A DNA stretch of 54,051 nt. Origin: an uncultured virus (IMG/VR IMGVR_UViG_2049941000_000114) (taxonomy: Duplodnaviria > Heunggongvirae > Uroviricota > Caudoviricetes). The position numbers and the translations under genes were made by a program. The notes below the pieces were generated by a model. That model saw only the letters and a program-made list of their open reading frames with translations, was not told where the DNA came from and ran no database searches. The number at the start of each line of letters is the position of its first letter. Position 1 is the stretch's first letter. The stretch lies in the IMG/VR virus record IMGVR_UViG_2049941000_000114; one strand, written 5' to 3'. Below are positions 32,255 through 42,600 of this stretch, one piece after another.

Positions 32255-32692
32255 CTACGGCCTTGCGAACGGAAGATCTTCATCGATTCCCGCCGGCACG
32301 TTCATAAATCCATCTGCGGGCGACTGTGTTGTAGTAGACTGTGCCTGTGGCATATCGTTACTCTGCTGTGCGTTCTTGCTCTCGGCAAATTCCTGTTCCT
32401 CAACAAGTACGTCCGTGGTATAAACTTTGTTACCGTCCTTGTTTGTGTAGGAACCTGTCTGAATACGTCCTGTGATAATGACTTTCGTACCTTTGTGAAA
32501 ATATTTCTCGGCAAATTCGCCGTTTTTACCGAGTGCGGTTATGCTGATAAAATCAGCTGACTGTTCGCCCTCTTTTTTGAATTTGCGATCTACCGCCAAT
32601 GTATACTTGGCTACCGCAATTGAATTGTCGTTTTGGGAATATCTGATTTCTGGGTCGCGTGAAAGGCGGCCACACAAGATTACTTTATTCAT
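32255..32692 (-). CDS. ssb: Single-stranded DNA-binding protein
   Basis: MNKVILCGRL..DPEIRY...GRIQTGSY...DEDLPF. Confidence 0.95.
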   Translation of the reverse strand: MNKVILCGRLSRDPEIRYSQNDNSIAVAKYTLAVDRKFKKEGEQSADFISITALGKNGEFAEKYFHKGTKVIITGRIQTGSYTNKDGNKVYTTDVLVEEQEFAESKNAQQSNDMPQAQSTTTQSPADGFMNVPAGIDEDLPFARP

Positions 32693-32865
32693 GCTGTTAC
32701 ACTCCTTTGATATTTGATTTTGTGTTCAAGTTTCTTACATTCGAAACAAATAACTCTTTGCGACGTTAAACGGTATCGCTCCGTAGGTTCCTTGCAACGT
32801 TCGCATTGATATACGTATTTGAGTTTCCCGAAATCGCTGTATGTCGTTCCTAAAAGTCTACTCAT
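32689..32865 (-). CDS. Small zinc-finger protein
   Basis: CERC...CFEC; probable ATG at 32865. Confidence 0.55.
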   Translation of the reverse strand: MSRLLGTTYSDFGKLKYVYQCERCKEPTERYRLTSQRVICFECKKLEHKIKYQRSVTA

Positions 32866-33169
32866 ACGTTGCACCCTCCAATTCGTATATGATGCTTTTT
32901 CCTGTCGATAACGCGTATTCATGCTCAATCTTTGCACCGTGACTTTCTCGCCAATCCTTAAGCATATAGATACAATCGCAAGTCTCTAAAAACCTTAATG
33001 AATTGCAGATATAGTCAATGTATTTTGTATCTTTAGGAAAAAGAATTAATGCTGACGCCGGATTTATAACGGTAAAGTCAAGTTTTGTAAGGTACTGTTC
33101 GGCCTGTTTAAACTTGTTTAAGTAGTTATCATCACCCGTTATCTTTCCGCTTATGTATGCCTTTAACAT
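32858..33169 (-). CDS. DUF4406-family protein (nucleoside deoxyribosyltransferase-like)
   Basis: YISGKITG...INPA...CD.IYML.DW.ES.GAKIE. Confidence 0.85.
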   Translation of the reverse strand: MLKAYISGKITGDDNYLNKFKQAEQYLTKLDFTVINPASALILFPKDTKYIDYICNSLRFLETCDCIYMLKDWRESHGAKIEHEYALSTGKSIIYELEGATYE

Positions 33170-33178
33170 TCAAAACTC

Positions 33179-33858
33179 CTATAATTCGTATTTCGTACCG
33201 TTTCGTGCGTAATCGACAAATACGGCATCCGGCACGATTGATTTGATTTCTTCGACAATCTCGGTCGGATTTGTAGAGCCAAAGCCTAAATGAATGGCGA
33301 TTACACTTTTCATACTTGGCGTTAAATTCGTCTGAATGATGCCTTTACAGGTTTCAAGTGAACAATGGCCACCTATCTTATGATTAAAGTTCGGTGCGTC
33401 CATATCGACGTATTTTTCTTGGTAATTGACCTCGACCAAAAAGTGATTGATCTTACACGCTTTGAATGAGTACCGGCAAAAACTTAAATCCGTAAGGTAC
33501 AAAATTGACTCACCATTTATGTGCCTTATAAGCGCACCGTAACTGTTTATGTCGCCGTGTGGATTTGTAAACGCCTGTATGTAATACCCACCCATATACA
33601 TACTTGCCCGCGCTTTGTCGGTATCGTAAGGGGTGAGCATTGGTACGCCCAACCCCTCATATTCATGCCGATATTTGGCGTGATCACCTAACCGTGAGAA
33701 TGACTTATAAAGCAACCGACTATTTTACTCAAATCAAAATTGAGTGCTATCTTGGTTTCTTTTAATGCAATACCGCAATCAAGAATTAACACTTCACCGT
33801 CACAATCAATCAGATAAGTGTTTCCATCCGAGCCGGAACCCAATATGTTCAATCTCAC
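33179..33858 (-). CDS. YycJ/PhnP-like MBL-fold metallohydrolase split by 5 extra nt at the HxHxDH motif
   Basis: LGSGSDGN...LDCG...SHSHG* then DHAK...H.D...YLTD...EVNY...GH...IHL in another frame. GTG start at 33858 overlaps the upstream TGA. Joined length 224 aa. Confidence 0.85.
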
Positions 33859-34418
33859 GTAACCACCCCCTTTTCTTCGGCAAATTTCCATACAAAACCG
33901 CCCGCTTGTTTTCTTCCTTGCTCACCGCTTGCAACCTGTAATATGTTGCGTTGACAAACTCCTGTATAATTACTTGCCAACGTTGCGTTTGCATATTCCG
34001 CGATAAAGTCTCCCGCAAGTGTGTATTGAATAACTCTTTTAGGTCGAACATATCGGTTATAGCGGTTCATACCCTCAAATAGTCGTTTGTTCTGCTTATA
34101 TGTTTCTGCAACATGCTTTGCCGGATGAATTATTTCCAAATTGTCAACACGGTTATTTTGCTTATTCCCGTCCTTATGATGAACGTGATAACCTTTAGGT
34201 ATTCCACCTATAAAAGTTTGCGCGACAAGACGATGAAGTCTGTATGTATGCGAAAACCCTTTTGAGTCTTTCAATACGTGCGTAAAATACCAACCGTTTT
34301 TATTGGTTTCTTTGGTTATCCTCCACCCAAAACGTTTTGTGTAATGTTTGAGATTTCCCATGTTGGAGATTTGGTACAATCCCTCAAATCCTTTTACGTC
34401 ACGCCATTCTTCATTCAT
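33855..34418 (-). CDS. NUMOD4-HNH-NUMOD1 homing endonuclease
   Basis: EEWRDVKGFEGLYQISNMG...HRLVA...HHKDGNKQNNRVDNLE...AGGFVWKF. Confidence 0.9.
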   Translation of the reverse strand: MNEEWRDVKGFEGLYQISNMGNLKHYTKRFGWRITKETNKNGWYFTHVLKDSKGFSHTYRLHRLVAQTFIGGIPKGYHVHHKDGNKQNNRVDNLEIIHPAKHVAETYKQNKRLFEGMNRYNRYVRPKRVIQYTLAGDFIAEYANATLASNYTGVCQRNILQVASGEQGRKQAGGFVWKFAEEKGVVT

Positions 34419-35406
34419 CCTTGTTTTCCTCTACGTCTTTAGCCACCGACTCAAACACGTTTTCGTCGTCAAATTCTTCGGCGTTAGCCTGTTCTGCGAT
34501 TTCTTCCTGTGTCTGCTCATATGTTTCGTTAAGTTCCAAAAGTGAACGAGACGCCAAAGCATGTAATTCTTTCGGGTATTTCTTGATCGCATTGTTACGC
34601 ATCTTTCTACGTATCATTTCTTCCGGCGTATCAAGCCAAGCCCCCGACATATACGGTCTTGCAACTTCGCATTTGAGCATTTCGTCAACCGTTTCACACT
34701 TGCGAAGTTCCGCGTAGATTTCCTCTTTCCTTGCTTCAATCTGCTTTTTCTGATCTTCGGTGGCTTTGTAGCGATTTGCGCATATGCCGAAAGTCTCATT
34801 CATCAAATTCTGTCTCACATGAGCAAAAAGATTTGTTTTTGTGCTGTCTCGCTCTGCGATCAGATATGTTTCTTTGTTATCGTTAAGAAGAAGTGGGTAC
34901 ACAACACGAATACACTTGTTTGACAATCCTTTTGCTTCATGTTCCGGCGGGATAACTTCAAAGCCCTTTTTCTTCGGATAAGTAAAATCGTCTCCCTCGC
35001 AAACGTACCATACGTCGCCAACCATCTTTATGTTTGCCCCAAAATGACGTAACAATGAGTCATTTCCATCGCCCTCAATCTGCATTTCCACGACTTTAAC
35101 GTAGTTATCGCCTGTCTTTTTAGTACGAAGTTGGAAATAACACTCTCTGTTGGGCGCCAAAGGGTCTAACTGTAACGATGCGCAACGACCAACAATAGAT
35201 CGCAAGTTTGACATATCAATGTTGTTCATGCTTTCGCCACTGTCTTTTACCAAATGAAAGATCGCGTCTACGGCGTTCTTTGCACATTTTGTTTCGTTTT
35301 CTGCCAATGTCAAACCACTTTCTTCGTAATCACGACTAACCAAAGCGGTTAATTGGTTCTGCCATTGACTTATCGGGGTAGTTAATTCATTTTTCTGTTC
35401 TGCCAT
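34411..35406 (-). CDS. RecT-like single-strand annealing protein
   Basis: RECYFQLR...MIRRKMRNNAIKK; lies between the SMC-like ATPase and MBL genes; start MAEQK. Confidence 0.7.
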   Translation of the reverse strand: MAEQKNELTTPISQWQNQLTALVSRDYEESGLTLAENETKCAKNAVDAIFHLVKDSGESMNNIDMSNLRSIVGRCASLQLDPLAPNRECYFQLRTKKTGDNYVKVVEMQIEGDGNDSLLRHFGANIKMVGDVWYVCEGDDFTYPKKKGFEVIPPEHEAKGLSNKCIRVVYPLLLNDNKETYLIAERDSTKTNLFAHVRQNLMNETFGICANRYKATEDQKKQIEARKEEIYAELRKCETVDEMLKCEVARPYMSGAWLDTPEEMIRRKMRNNAIKKYPKELHALASRSLLELNETYEQTQEEIAEQANAEEFDDENVFESVAKDVEENKDE

Positions 35407-36004
35407 TTTGCGTTTCCTTTCTTTTTGTGAAGTATTCAATTACTTTTTCTTTATCCGTTTCCATGTTTAAGTGATATAAAAATGTTGATCGTGGTATCGC
35501 AAGTTTTTTTGACCATTCGGATATCGTAAGTTCCTCCCCTTTGTAAGAGATTGTGTTGTTTACCTTCCTTATTGGCGTTGACAGCGCTCTTTCAATCGGC
35601 CAATGCCTTTGGCCAATTCTTGTGTATAGCGTGTCTTGTGAAATTCCCAATTTGTCAGCCCATTCTGCCAATGTGTGAGTTTCCCCGTTGTATGCAATGA
35701 AACGATTTGAAGTTCGGTTGTTACTTTGAACTTTTACTGAAACCCATCGACAATTTGAAGGTTCATAATTTCCATCGCCATTAATTCTGTCAATAGTGCA
35801 ACCACGTTTTGGGGCGTTGTAGTCGTAGCCGTTAGCCAACGCCCACTCGCGAAACCGCAAATAACCATCCTTTCCCGTCCACTCGTCACATACTTTGATT
35901 CCTTTAAGCGCATAACTTGTAGCATTGGGAGCCTTGAAATCGTGACAACGGCGGTGCATGGCTCGCCATACTGTTTTTAATCGATCTCGTTTACTTGCGG
36001 CCAT
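35387..36004 (-). CDS. HNH homing endonuclease
   Basis: GIKVCDEW...TIDRI..DGNYEPSNCRW...Q.NNR...TLAEWA. Confidence 0.88.
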   Translation of the reverse strand: MAASKRDRLKTVWRAMHRRCHDFKAPNATSYALKGIKVCDEWTGKDGYLRFREWALANGYDYNAPKRGCTIDRINGDGNYEPSNCRWVSVKVQSNNRTSNRFIAYNGETHTLAEWADKLGISQDTLYTRIGQRHWPIERALSTPIRKVNNTISYKGEELTISEWSKKLAIPRSTFLYHLNMETDKEKVIEYFTKRKETQNGRTEK

Positions 36005-36010
36005 GTTTGT

Positions 36011-37906
36011 TTATTCCTCCGTTTCTACTGTTACCTTGTCGTATGCGGGGTCTACGTAAAGGCTGATAACCTGTGCGTCCATATCGGGAATTTCGGTGCA
36101 ACTTTCCCTGTTATCCGCAAATATAGGCGCGTACTTGTCGTAAGTCTTTGATAACGTCTTAATAACGTCTAATCCCGCCTGTATACGACCGGCGCTGTTA
36201 AGTTCCGCATATCCAACGCCGTTAACCGTAAGTTCGCAAGTTTCAGCGATACCGCCGTTAATTGCCTGTTCAAAGAGTTTCCACTTAACCAACTCAAACT
36301 GTCCGTTAATGCTTGCCGATACGCTGTTTAACTTCTCTTTAATAAAGTTCTCAACGAGATACAGCATCTTTTCTGCATCTGCGACTTTCTGTGATACGTC
36401 GCGCTGTTCGGTTTTAAGTTCTTCGATACGTTCATCAACGGTAGCGTTGTTGTTTGCAAGCACGATCTGTGACTCAACGGTTTTCAGATCATTTTCAAGC
36501 ACTATCAAGGCATCATTAACGTTGTTGCCGTTACATTCCGCAATCTTTGTTTCAACCTCTTTACGGCGATTAAGCAAGTCGTTGTAGCCCTTGTCGTTTG
36601 TAAGGTCAACCGAAGTGGGAATATCGTTAAGTTTTGCCTTGATACTCTCAACGTTTTCAGCGGCCTTATCTTTCAAATTCTCAACGTCGGCAAAATTGGC
36701 TTTAAGCGTATCGATTTCGGCCTTAAGGGTTTCAATCTTCGCCTTTGACTCACGCCCCTCTGCAAGCAACCTATCCATGATTGCCTTTTTCTTGCTTGCG
36801 AAATCGTTCTTTAACTCATTAACCTTGTCGTCGGGCAATGTCTGACCGCAAGTCGGGCAAATAGCCTTTGTTTCGTCAAAGACCTTTTCTTTCTCGGCCG
36901 TATACTCCGTACCCATTTCGGCACTTCGGGCGATCATAGAGTCTAACTGTCTTTCCTTGCTTGATATCTTCGACTCTGTATCGCACCATTCGGTTTCATA
37001 ACGTCTGAAAGCGTCTTTAGCATTGACAAGTTCCATATCAAGATTGCTACGCTGTTCACGGATAGATGCGTTAGCGTTACGCTCGTAATCGCTGATCTGA
37101 AAATCAAGACTTAACTTTTCTTCCTTTAACTTGCCGTAATCGTCTTTGCCGGACTCGGCTTTAACTTTCTCGATCTGCTCTTTTAAGGAATTTCTCTGTA
37201 ATTCGAGTTCAGCGACGTCGATATCAACTTTCTGCTTTGAAATCTCGTCTATACGAACAGGGAGTTCGGCTTGTTTCTTTTTGAGTTCCTTTAAAGCATT
37301 GGAATACTTTCTCTGAATGTCCTCTGTGGATCCTTTTTCGAGATCGCTTAAGAGGGCGTCGAACCCGCCAACGCGTTTAGCAATCTCAATGTCGCTTTCG
37401 GTTATAGCGAGTTTCATAAGCGTATCGCGCTGTTCTTTCCACTTCATGTTCGGGAAATACAAGGGATTTGTGAGTATCTTGAAAAGGTTCTCATCCATGA
37501 CAGACGCGATAAAGTCCTTGTATTCCTTTTCAGATTTCGGGAACCCATCAATTTCATATTTATTGACGTTGCCCTTAAATACCGCTGTCTCTGAACCGCG
37601 CTGTTTAACCCAATTCTGACTCTGAACTTTCTTAAGTTCGGTTTCCTTGCCATCAATGTCGATTACCGCCGATACTGTGATATCCACGTAATCAACAAAC
37701 TTACCATCACTGTCGATCGGTCTTAAGTCAAACTTTTCGGAATATACGCTGTTCTTGTTAAAGAGTAGCCATAAGAAAGCGTCAACGATCGTTGTCTTGC
37801 CGGACGCGTTACGTCCAAGAATTTTAGATTTGTTTGAGAATGAAAGTTCAAGGTCTTTAATTCCTTTGAAGTTTTCAAGTTTGATGCTTTTAAGTGTTAA
37901 TTTCAT
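36011..37906 (-). CDS. SMC/SbcC-like AAA ATPase
   Basis: ENFKG, GRNASGKTT, coiled coil with CPTCGQ hook, PIFADNRES. Confidence 0.88.
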   Translation of the reverse strand: MKLTLKSIKLENFKGIKDLELSFSNKSKILGRNASGKTTIVDAFLWLLFNKNSVYSEKFDLRPIDSDGKFVDYVDITVSAVIDIDGKETELKKVQSQNWVKQRGSETAVFKGNVNKYEIDGFPKSEKEYKDFIASVMDENLFKILTNPLYFPNMKWKEQRDTLMKLAITESDIEIAKRVGGFDALLSDLEKGSTEDIQRKYSNALKELKKKQAELPVRIDEISKQKVDIDVAELELQRNSLKEQIEKVKAESGKDDYGKLKEEKLSLDFQISDYERNANASIREQRSNLDMELVNAKDAFRRYETEWCDTESKISSKERQLDSMIARSAEMGTEYTAEKEKVFDETKAICPTCGQTLPDDKVNELKNDFASKKKAIMDRLLAEGRESKAKIETLKAEIDTLKANFADVENLKDKAAENVESIKAKLNDIPTSVDLTNDKGYNDLLNRRKEVETKIAECNGNNVNDALIVLENDLKTVESQIVLANNNATVDERIEELKTEQRDVSQKVADAEKMLYLVENFIKEKLNSVSASINGQFELVKWKLFEQAINGGIAETCELTVNGVGYAELNSAGRIQAGLDVIKTLSKTYDKYAPIFADNRESCTEIPDMDAQVISLYVDPAYDKVTVETEE

Positions 37907-37910
37907 GTTC

Positions 37911-38207
37911 TTAATCCTCCTTAAGTTTTATCCATTTTCCGTTTTTGCGCGTATACATTTCGTTAGTCTTTGTAAAGCGAATGATCGCGCTTTCTTCATC
38001 GTTGTTTTTCGAAAGGTGAATAACAACCTTTTCTGATACGCCCAACTTGCGCATATACTTAAGACACAAATTTGCAACGGCCATAACGTATATGTTAAGT
38101 GGACATTCTTTCATTTCCGGCACGTCGGGTTTCTGCGGTGTGTTCCGCAACTTTGTTGCCTTGCGTATGGTCAGTGGCTTTGGTAACTTCTTTTTGCTTA
38201 ATGGCAT
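37911..38207 (-). CDS. Hypothetical protein
   Basis: 98 aa ORF abutting both neighbours. Confidence 0.6.
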   Translation of the reverse strand: MPLSKKKLPKPLTIRKATKLRNTPQKPDVPEMKECPLNIYVMAVANLCLKYMRKLGVSEKVVIHLSKNNDEESAIIRFTKTNEMYTRKNGKWIKLKED

Positions 38208-38807
38208 TTAATACACCCCCTCGTAATCTGTTTCTGTTGAAAAATATGTGTTGCCGATCACCGCATATTGATAGCCGAATGGATGCGGATAATCTGCTCT
38301 GAAATAGAGCAAGTCTTTCGGAAATGCGTTACTACATTCAAGCGCTTGTAATACCGCCGAGCGACATTCATCCGTGATCTCGCCGTTACAATCCGAATGA
38401 CTAAAAGCACCGTCGTAATAAAGTACGTCGTGCATCGTTTCGCCCCATCTGCCATCCTGTAAGCGATTAATCATTACTTGCGCGACTAAAACCTTGCCGA
38501 TGTAAGGTAAAATGCTTGCTTCGTTCATTACGACGCGTGACATTTCTTCAAGTTCGGTTTCTGTCACGTTTACCGCCCATTCAGAGATAACTTCCTGTGG
38601 CGATTCAACGCGTGCAGATACGACTTTTACAAATTCAATTTCTGTTGTGGATTTTGGTATAGACATAACAGGCGTTTCTTCTGTCGTGGGAGACTTTTTA
38701 ATCTGAAATATCAATATTGCGCCTATTATTAAAGTGATAACCATTAAGGTTATTGTTACGATGTAAATAAGTGCGATCTTGTCAATTATCTGTAATTTTC
38801 GTTTCAT
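38208..38807 (-). CDS. SleB-like cell wall hydrolase (Hydrolase_2) with N-terminal TM anchor
   Basis: VVMNEA...VAQVMINR...F...LYF...IGNTYF. Confidence 0.85.
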   Translation of the reverse strand: MKRKLQIIDKIALIYIVTITLMVITLIIGAILIFQIKKSPTTEETPVMSIPKSTTEIEFVKVVSARVESPQEVISEWAVNVTETELEEMSRVVMNEASILPYIGKVLVAQVMINRLQDGRWGETMHDVLYYDGAFSHSDCNGEITDECRSAVLQALECSNAFPKDLLYFRADYPHPFGYQYAVIGNTYFSTETDYEGVY

Positions 38808-38991
38808 CTTTGACCCCTAAATATTCGTAGAATTTGATTCGGCTTATGATGTATCGATAGCCATTACCCGTTACACTCGGTATGGCTTGACCAAATGGAT
38901 ATATGCCACGTTGTAGACCTACTCTTAATCCCTGTGGCGCTATGCCGAGCATTTTCGCGGTTTCATTAACCGTAAGCGTTAGATTTGTCAT
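38782..38991 (-). CDS. Excisionase-like HTH protein
   Basis: LTVNETAKMLG...RVGLQRG..PFG.A...YII. Confidence 0.7.
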   Translation of the reverse strand: MTNLTLTVNETAKMLGIAPQGLRVGLQRGIYPFGQAIPSVTGNGYRYIISRIKFYEYLGVKDETKITDN

Positions 38992-39470
38992 GCTTCACAC
39001 TCCATAGACGGTAAAACGCCGTAACGTTTAAGTTCTTCGTACAGGAACATTCGACCTTTCTGTGTCCAGACGGTTAAAGGCTTTGAACCTTCCGTACCGT
39101 TCGTTCTCTTGTATGTGTTTACTCTTGTCTTTGTGTAACCTTTGCCAAGATATTTCGAGTAAAGTAACCATTGGTCGCTTATCCTATGCTGAATACCCAA
39201 ATGGTTAAGCATACTGTTGAAACGCTTTGCTGACATTCCGTAATCCTGTGCAACCTGTGAGGTCGTCATGCACTCGGTCGTTGATAAGATCACGTCGCAA
39301 TAATCAACTTTGGGTTTCATTTCACCGATAACTCTATCCATCTGAACCACGGACTCTTTAAGTTCTTCGTTTTCAAGCGCCAACTGATTATTTTTCTTGA
39401 CTTCGGCAAGCAACTGTTCAAGCGCTGATTCGTAATTCATCGGTAAACTGTATGAACCCGTTTTTCTGAT
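38988..39470 (-). CDS. Antirepressor C-terminal (ANT/KilAC) part
   Basis: IRKTGSY...KPKVDY.D...AQDYGMSA...WTQKGR. Confidence 0.85.
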   Translation of the reverse strand: MRKTGSYSLPMNYESALEQLLAEVKKNNQLALENEELKESVVQMDRVIGEMKPKVDYCDVILSTTECMTTSQVAQDYGMSAKRFNSMLNHLGIQHRISDQWLLYSKYLGKGYTKTRVNTYKRTNGTEGSKPLTVWTQKGRMFLYEELKRYGVLPSMECEA

Positions 39471-39480
39471 NNNNNNNNNN

Positions 39481-41148
39481 CATTGACTCAAACGTATCTA
39501 CCCACGCGCCGGACATATAAGGAATAGCCGCTTCGCACTTGATCATGTCGTCCACGGTTTCACACTTACGAAGTTCCGCATAGATTGCTTCTTTCTTTTC
39601 ATCAATCTGCTTTTTCTGTGCGTCTGTAGCCTTAAAACGGTTTTCACAAATGCCAAACGTTTCGTTCATAAGATTGTTGCGAACATGTGCAAAAAGATTA
39701 ACTTTAACCGACTCACGTTCAGCGATAAGGTATGTAACGCTGTCGTCGTTTAACTTGACAGGCAACACAACGCGAACGGTTTTCTGTGAAAGACCTTTCT
39801 GTTCCCATTCGGGATCCGTAAGAGTCAATCCTTTGCGCTTGGGATAAGTAAACTCGTCACCCTCTTTTACAATCCACCAATCGTAAACCTGTTTAACGTT
39901 GATACCGAAGTTCCTCAACAATGATTCCTGTCCGGCACCCTCTAATCCGAGTTCAACAACCTGTGTCCACTGATCACCAACCTTTTTCTTTCGGAGTTGG
40001 AAATAACACTCTCTCGGAAATCCGTTAGCATTTAACTTAAGTGATGCACACTGTCCAACGATCTCTCTTAAGTTACTTGTGTCAACGTCTTTCATAGCGA
40101 CGCCACTACTTTTTACGATCTGATATATGCTTGACATTGCGTTCATAGCGCACGCTTTCGAATAATCNNNNNNNNNNTGTTACATTCCGCAATCTTTGTT
40201 TCAACTTCCTTACGCTTATTAAGCAAGTCGTTGTAGCCCTTGTCGTTTGTAAGGTCAACCGATGTAGGAATATCGTTAAGTTTTGCCTTGATACTCTCAA
40301 CGTTTTCAGCGGCCTTNNNNNNNNNNTTTCTGTTCATCTGCCATGATTAATCCTCACTTTCTACTGTTACAGCGCTGTATGCGGGGTCTACATAAAGGCT
40401 GATAACCTGTGCGTCCATATCGGGTATTACGCTTACGCTTTCGCGGTTATCGCACCATATAGGGCAATACTTGTCATAAATCTTTGATAACGTCTTGATA
40501 ACGTCTAATCCCGCCTGTATACGTCCGGCGCTGTTAAGTTCCGCATATCCAACACCGTTAACTGTAAGTTCGCAAGTTTCAGCGATACCGCCGTTAATTG
40601 CCTGTTCAAACAGTTTCCACTTAACAAGTTCAAACTGTCCGTTTATGCTTGCTGATACGCTGTTTAACTTCTCTTTAATGAAGTTCTCAACGAGATACAG
40701 CATCTTTTCTGCATCTGCGACTTTCTGTGANNNNNNNNNNATTTCAATCTTCGCCTTTGACTCACGCCCCTCTGCAAGCAACTTATCCATGATTGCCTTT
40801 TTCTTACTTGCGAAATCGTTCTTCAACTCGTTAACCCTGTCGTCGGGCAACTTCTGACCGCAAGTGGGGCAAATAGCCTTTGTTTCGTCAAAGACCTTTT
40901 CTTTCTCGGCCGTATANNNNNNNNNNCGCTACCAAAACCTTGCCGATATAAGGCAAAATGCTTGCTTCGTTCATAACGACACGCGACATTTCTTCAAGTT
41001 CTGTTTCGCTTACATCAACACCCCATTCGGATATGACCGGCTGTGGTGATTCGGGATTGTTGCGTACCGCGATAACTCGCGAAAATTCAATTTCTGTTGT
41101 GGATTTGTTTGATATAGAGGTAACAGGCGCCGTATCATCGACAGAAAC
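39481..41148 (-). other. Second-haplotype fragments of the RecT-like, SMC-like and SleB-like genes
   Basis: Gap-delimited pieces that re-encode parts of 34411-38807 with substitutions. Confidence 0.85.
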
Positions 41149-41551
41149 NNNNNNNNNNNNNNNNNNNNNNNNNNNNNNNNNNNNNNNNNNNNNNNNNNNN
41201 NNNNNNNNNNNNNNNNNNNNNNNNNNNNNNNNNNNNNNNNNNNNNNNNNNNNNNNNNNNNNNNNNNNNNNNNNNNNNNNNNNNNNNNNNNNNNNNNNNNN
41301 NNNNNNNNNNNNNNNNNNNNNNNNNNNNNNNNNNNNNNNNNNNNNNNNNNNNNNNNNNNNNNNNNNNNNNNNNNNNNNNNNNNNNNNNNNNNNNNNNNNN
41401 NNNNNNNNNNNNNNNNNNNNNNNNNNNNNNNNNNNNNNNNNNNNNNNNNNNNNNNNNNNNNNNNNNNNNNNNNNNNNNNNNNNNNNNNNNNNNNNNNNNN
41501 NNNNNNNNNNNNNNNNNNNNNNNNNNNNNNNNNNNNNNNNNNNNNNNNNNN

Positions 41552-41911
41552 CGCCGGTAAAACTTCCGATGTAACCCAATGTTTAAACTTCTTAATTCGG
41601 TCAATCCTGTTCTGCACTTCTATGGGGTACGCATCTGATACCCCACCCTTATTTGCTTTTTGAGGTTGCATAGCAAAAATAATTGAGTACAATCCGCTTT
41701 CGTTAACGATGATTGTGGGCTGTGGTCTACCAAGCGCGTCGGCTATTTCCGCAATAACCTTGTCGTCCTCGTCAACTCTTGAAAGCGTTCTGCTTGAATT
41801 TGTGTCTCCGAAGTATTCACAAACATCACGGCCAACAAACCACGGCTCGTTATCCACTTCAAGAACTCTTACATTTGAAAAATCGTCATTATTTAATGTG
41901 AGAAAATTCAT
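41552..41911 (-). CDS. Antirepressor BRO-N part (joins 38988-39470)
   Basis: EPWFVGRDV...NESGLYS...FKHWVTSEVLPA, which normally continues IRKTG. Confidence 0.88.
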
Positions 41912-42342
41912 AAATTACCTCCCGCAACAAACTTCTTCATAGAATTTAAAAAAGCGTCTGTCTTACGTTCCATTTCCTGTGAGTCGTCACGATAATTGAT
42001 CGTTTTGCTTTCGATTTGAGAAATTGCGTCCTCAAAAGACAGATCAAACAGTTCTGAACCCTCTTTGCGATATTTTGCAAAGATTTGATGAAATCGCTTT
42101 TCGACTTTGGTGTAATTTGTGCATTTGGGCGTCAAAGCAAATCGGCCGATTTCTTTGTCAGCGTAATTTGTGCATTGCATTTTCAAAGTTTGCAATCTTC
42201 CGTAAGGCTTTTTGCTTTGCCCAATTTTCAACATATTTCCGTATTCAAGAATGTATACATATCCGAAATGCGGGGGCGTTTGCTTTTCAACCTCTTTGAT
42301 TCCCTCGAAGTTCTCTTTTTCAAAAATCGTTAAATTGTGCAT
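41908..42342 (-). CDS. T5orf172 / GIY-YIG-like protein
   Basis: GYVYIL...LKIGQS..P..RL..L...E..FH..F..YR..GSELF. Confidence 0.75.
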   Translation of the reverse strand: MHNLTIFEKENFEGIKEVEKQTPPHFGYVYILEYGNMLKIGQSKKPYGRLQTLKMQCTNYADKEIGRFALTPKCTNYTKVEKRFHQIFAKYRKEGSELFDLSFEDAISQIESKTINYRDDSQEMERKTDAFLNSMKKFVAGGNL

Positions 42343-42365
42343 GATTCCTCCTACAAAAGTTTCCA

Positions 42366-42578
42366 TCAAGACACTTTATAGGCAACAAAATAAGTGTCCG
42401 CGCTGATATGGTAATGGTTACAAATGAGTCGAATTTCCGATACTCTAAACTCTACAAAACCGTTCAACTTCTTCGATATTGTAGGTGCTGTAATATCGAG
42501 CAATTCGGCTATCTCTGCGGCTGTAACATTGTTCTCGTCCATCCATGCGAGGAACTTTGTATACTTGACTCTTTCCAT
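42366..42578 (-). CDS. Cro-like HTH protein
   Basis: 70 aa XRE HTH divergent from the repressor; GAAGGAG RBS. Confidence 0.85.
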   Translation of the reverse strand: MERVKYTKFLAWMDENNVTAAEIAELLDITAPTISKKLNGFVEFRVSEIRLICNHYHISADTYFVAYKVS

Positions 42579-42600
42579 CGATTTACTCCTTTCATTTCGT

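Noticed and set aside
23803..33858. Genome-wide TAG reassignment
   Set aside because: Long genes are open in the standard code and several end properly in TAG (633, 26132, 30612); readthrough would not fix the MBL frame.
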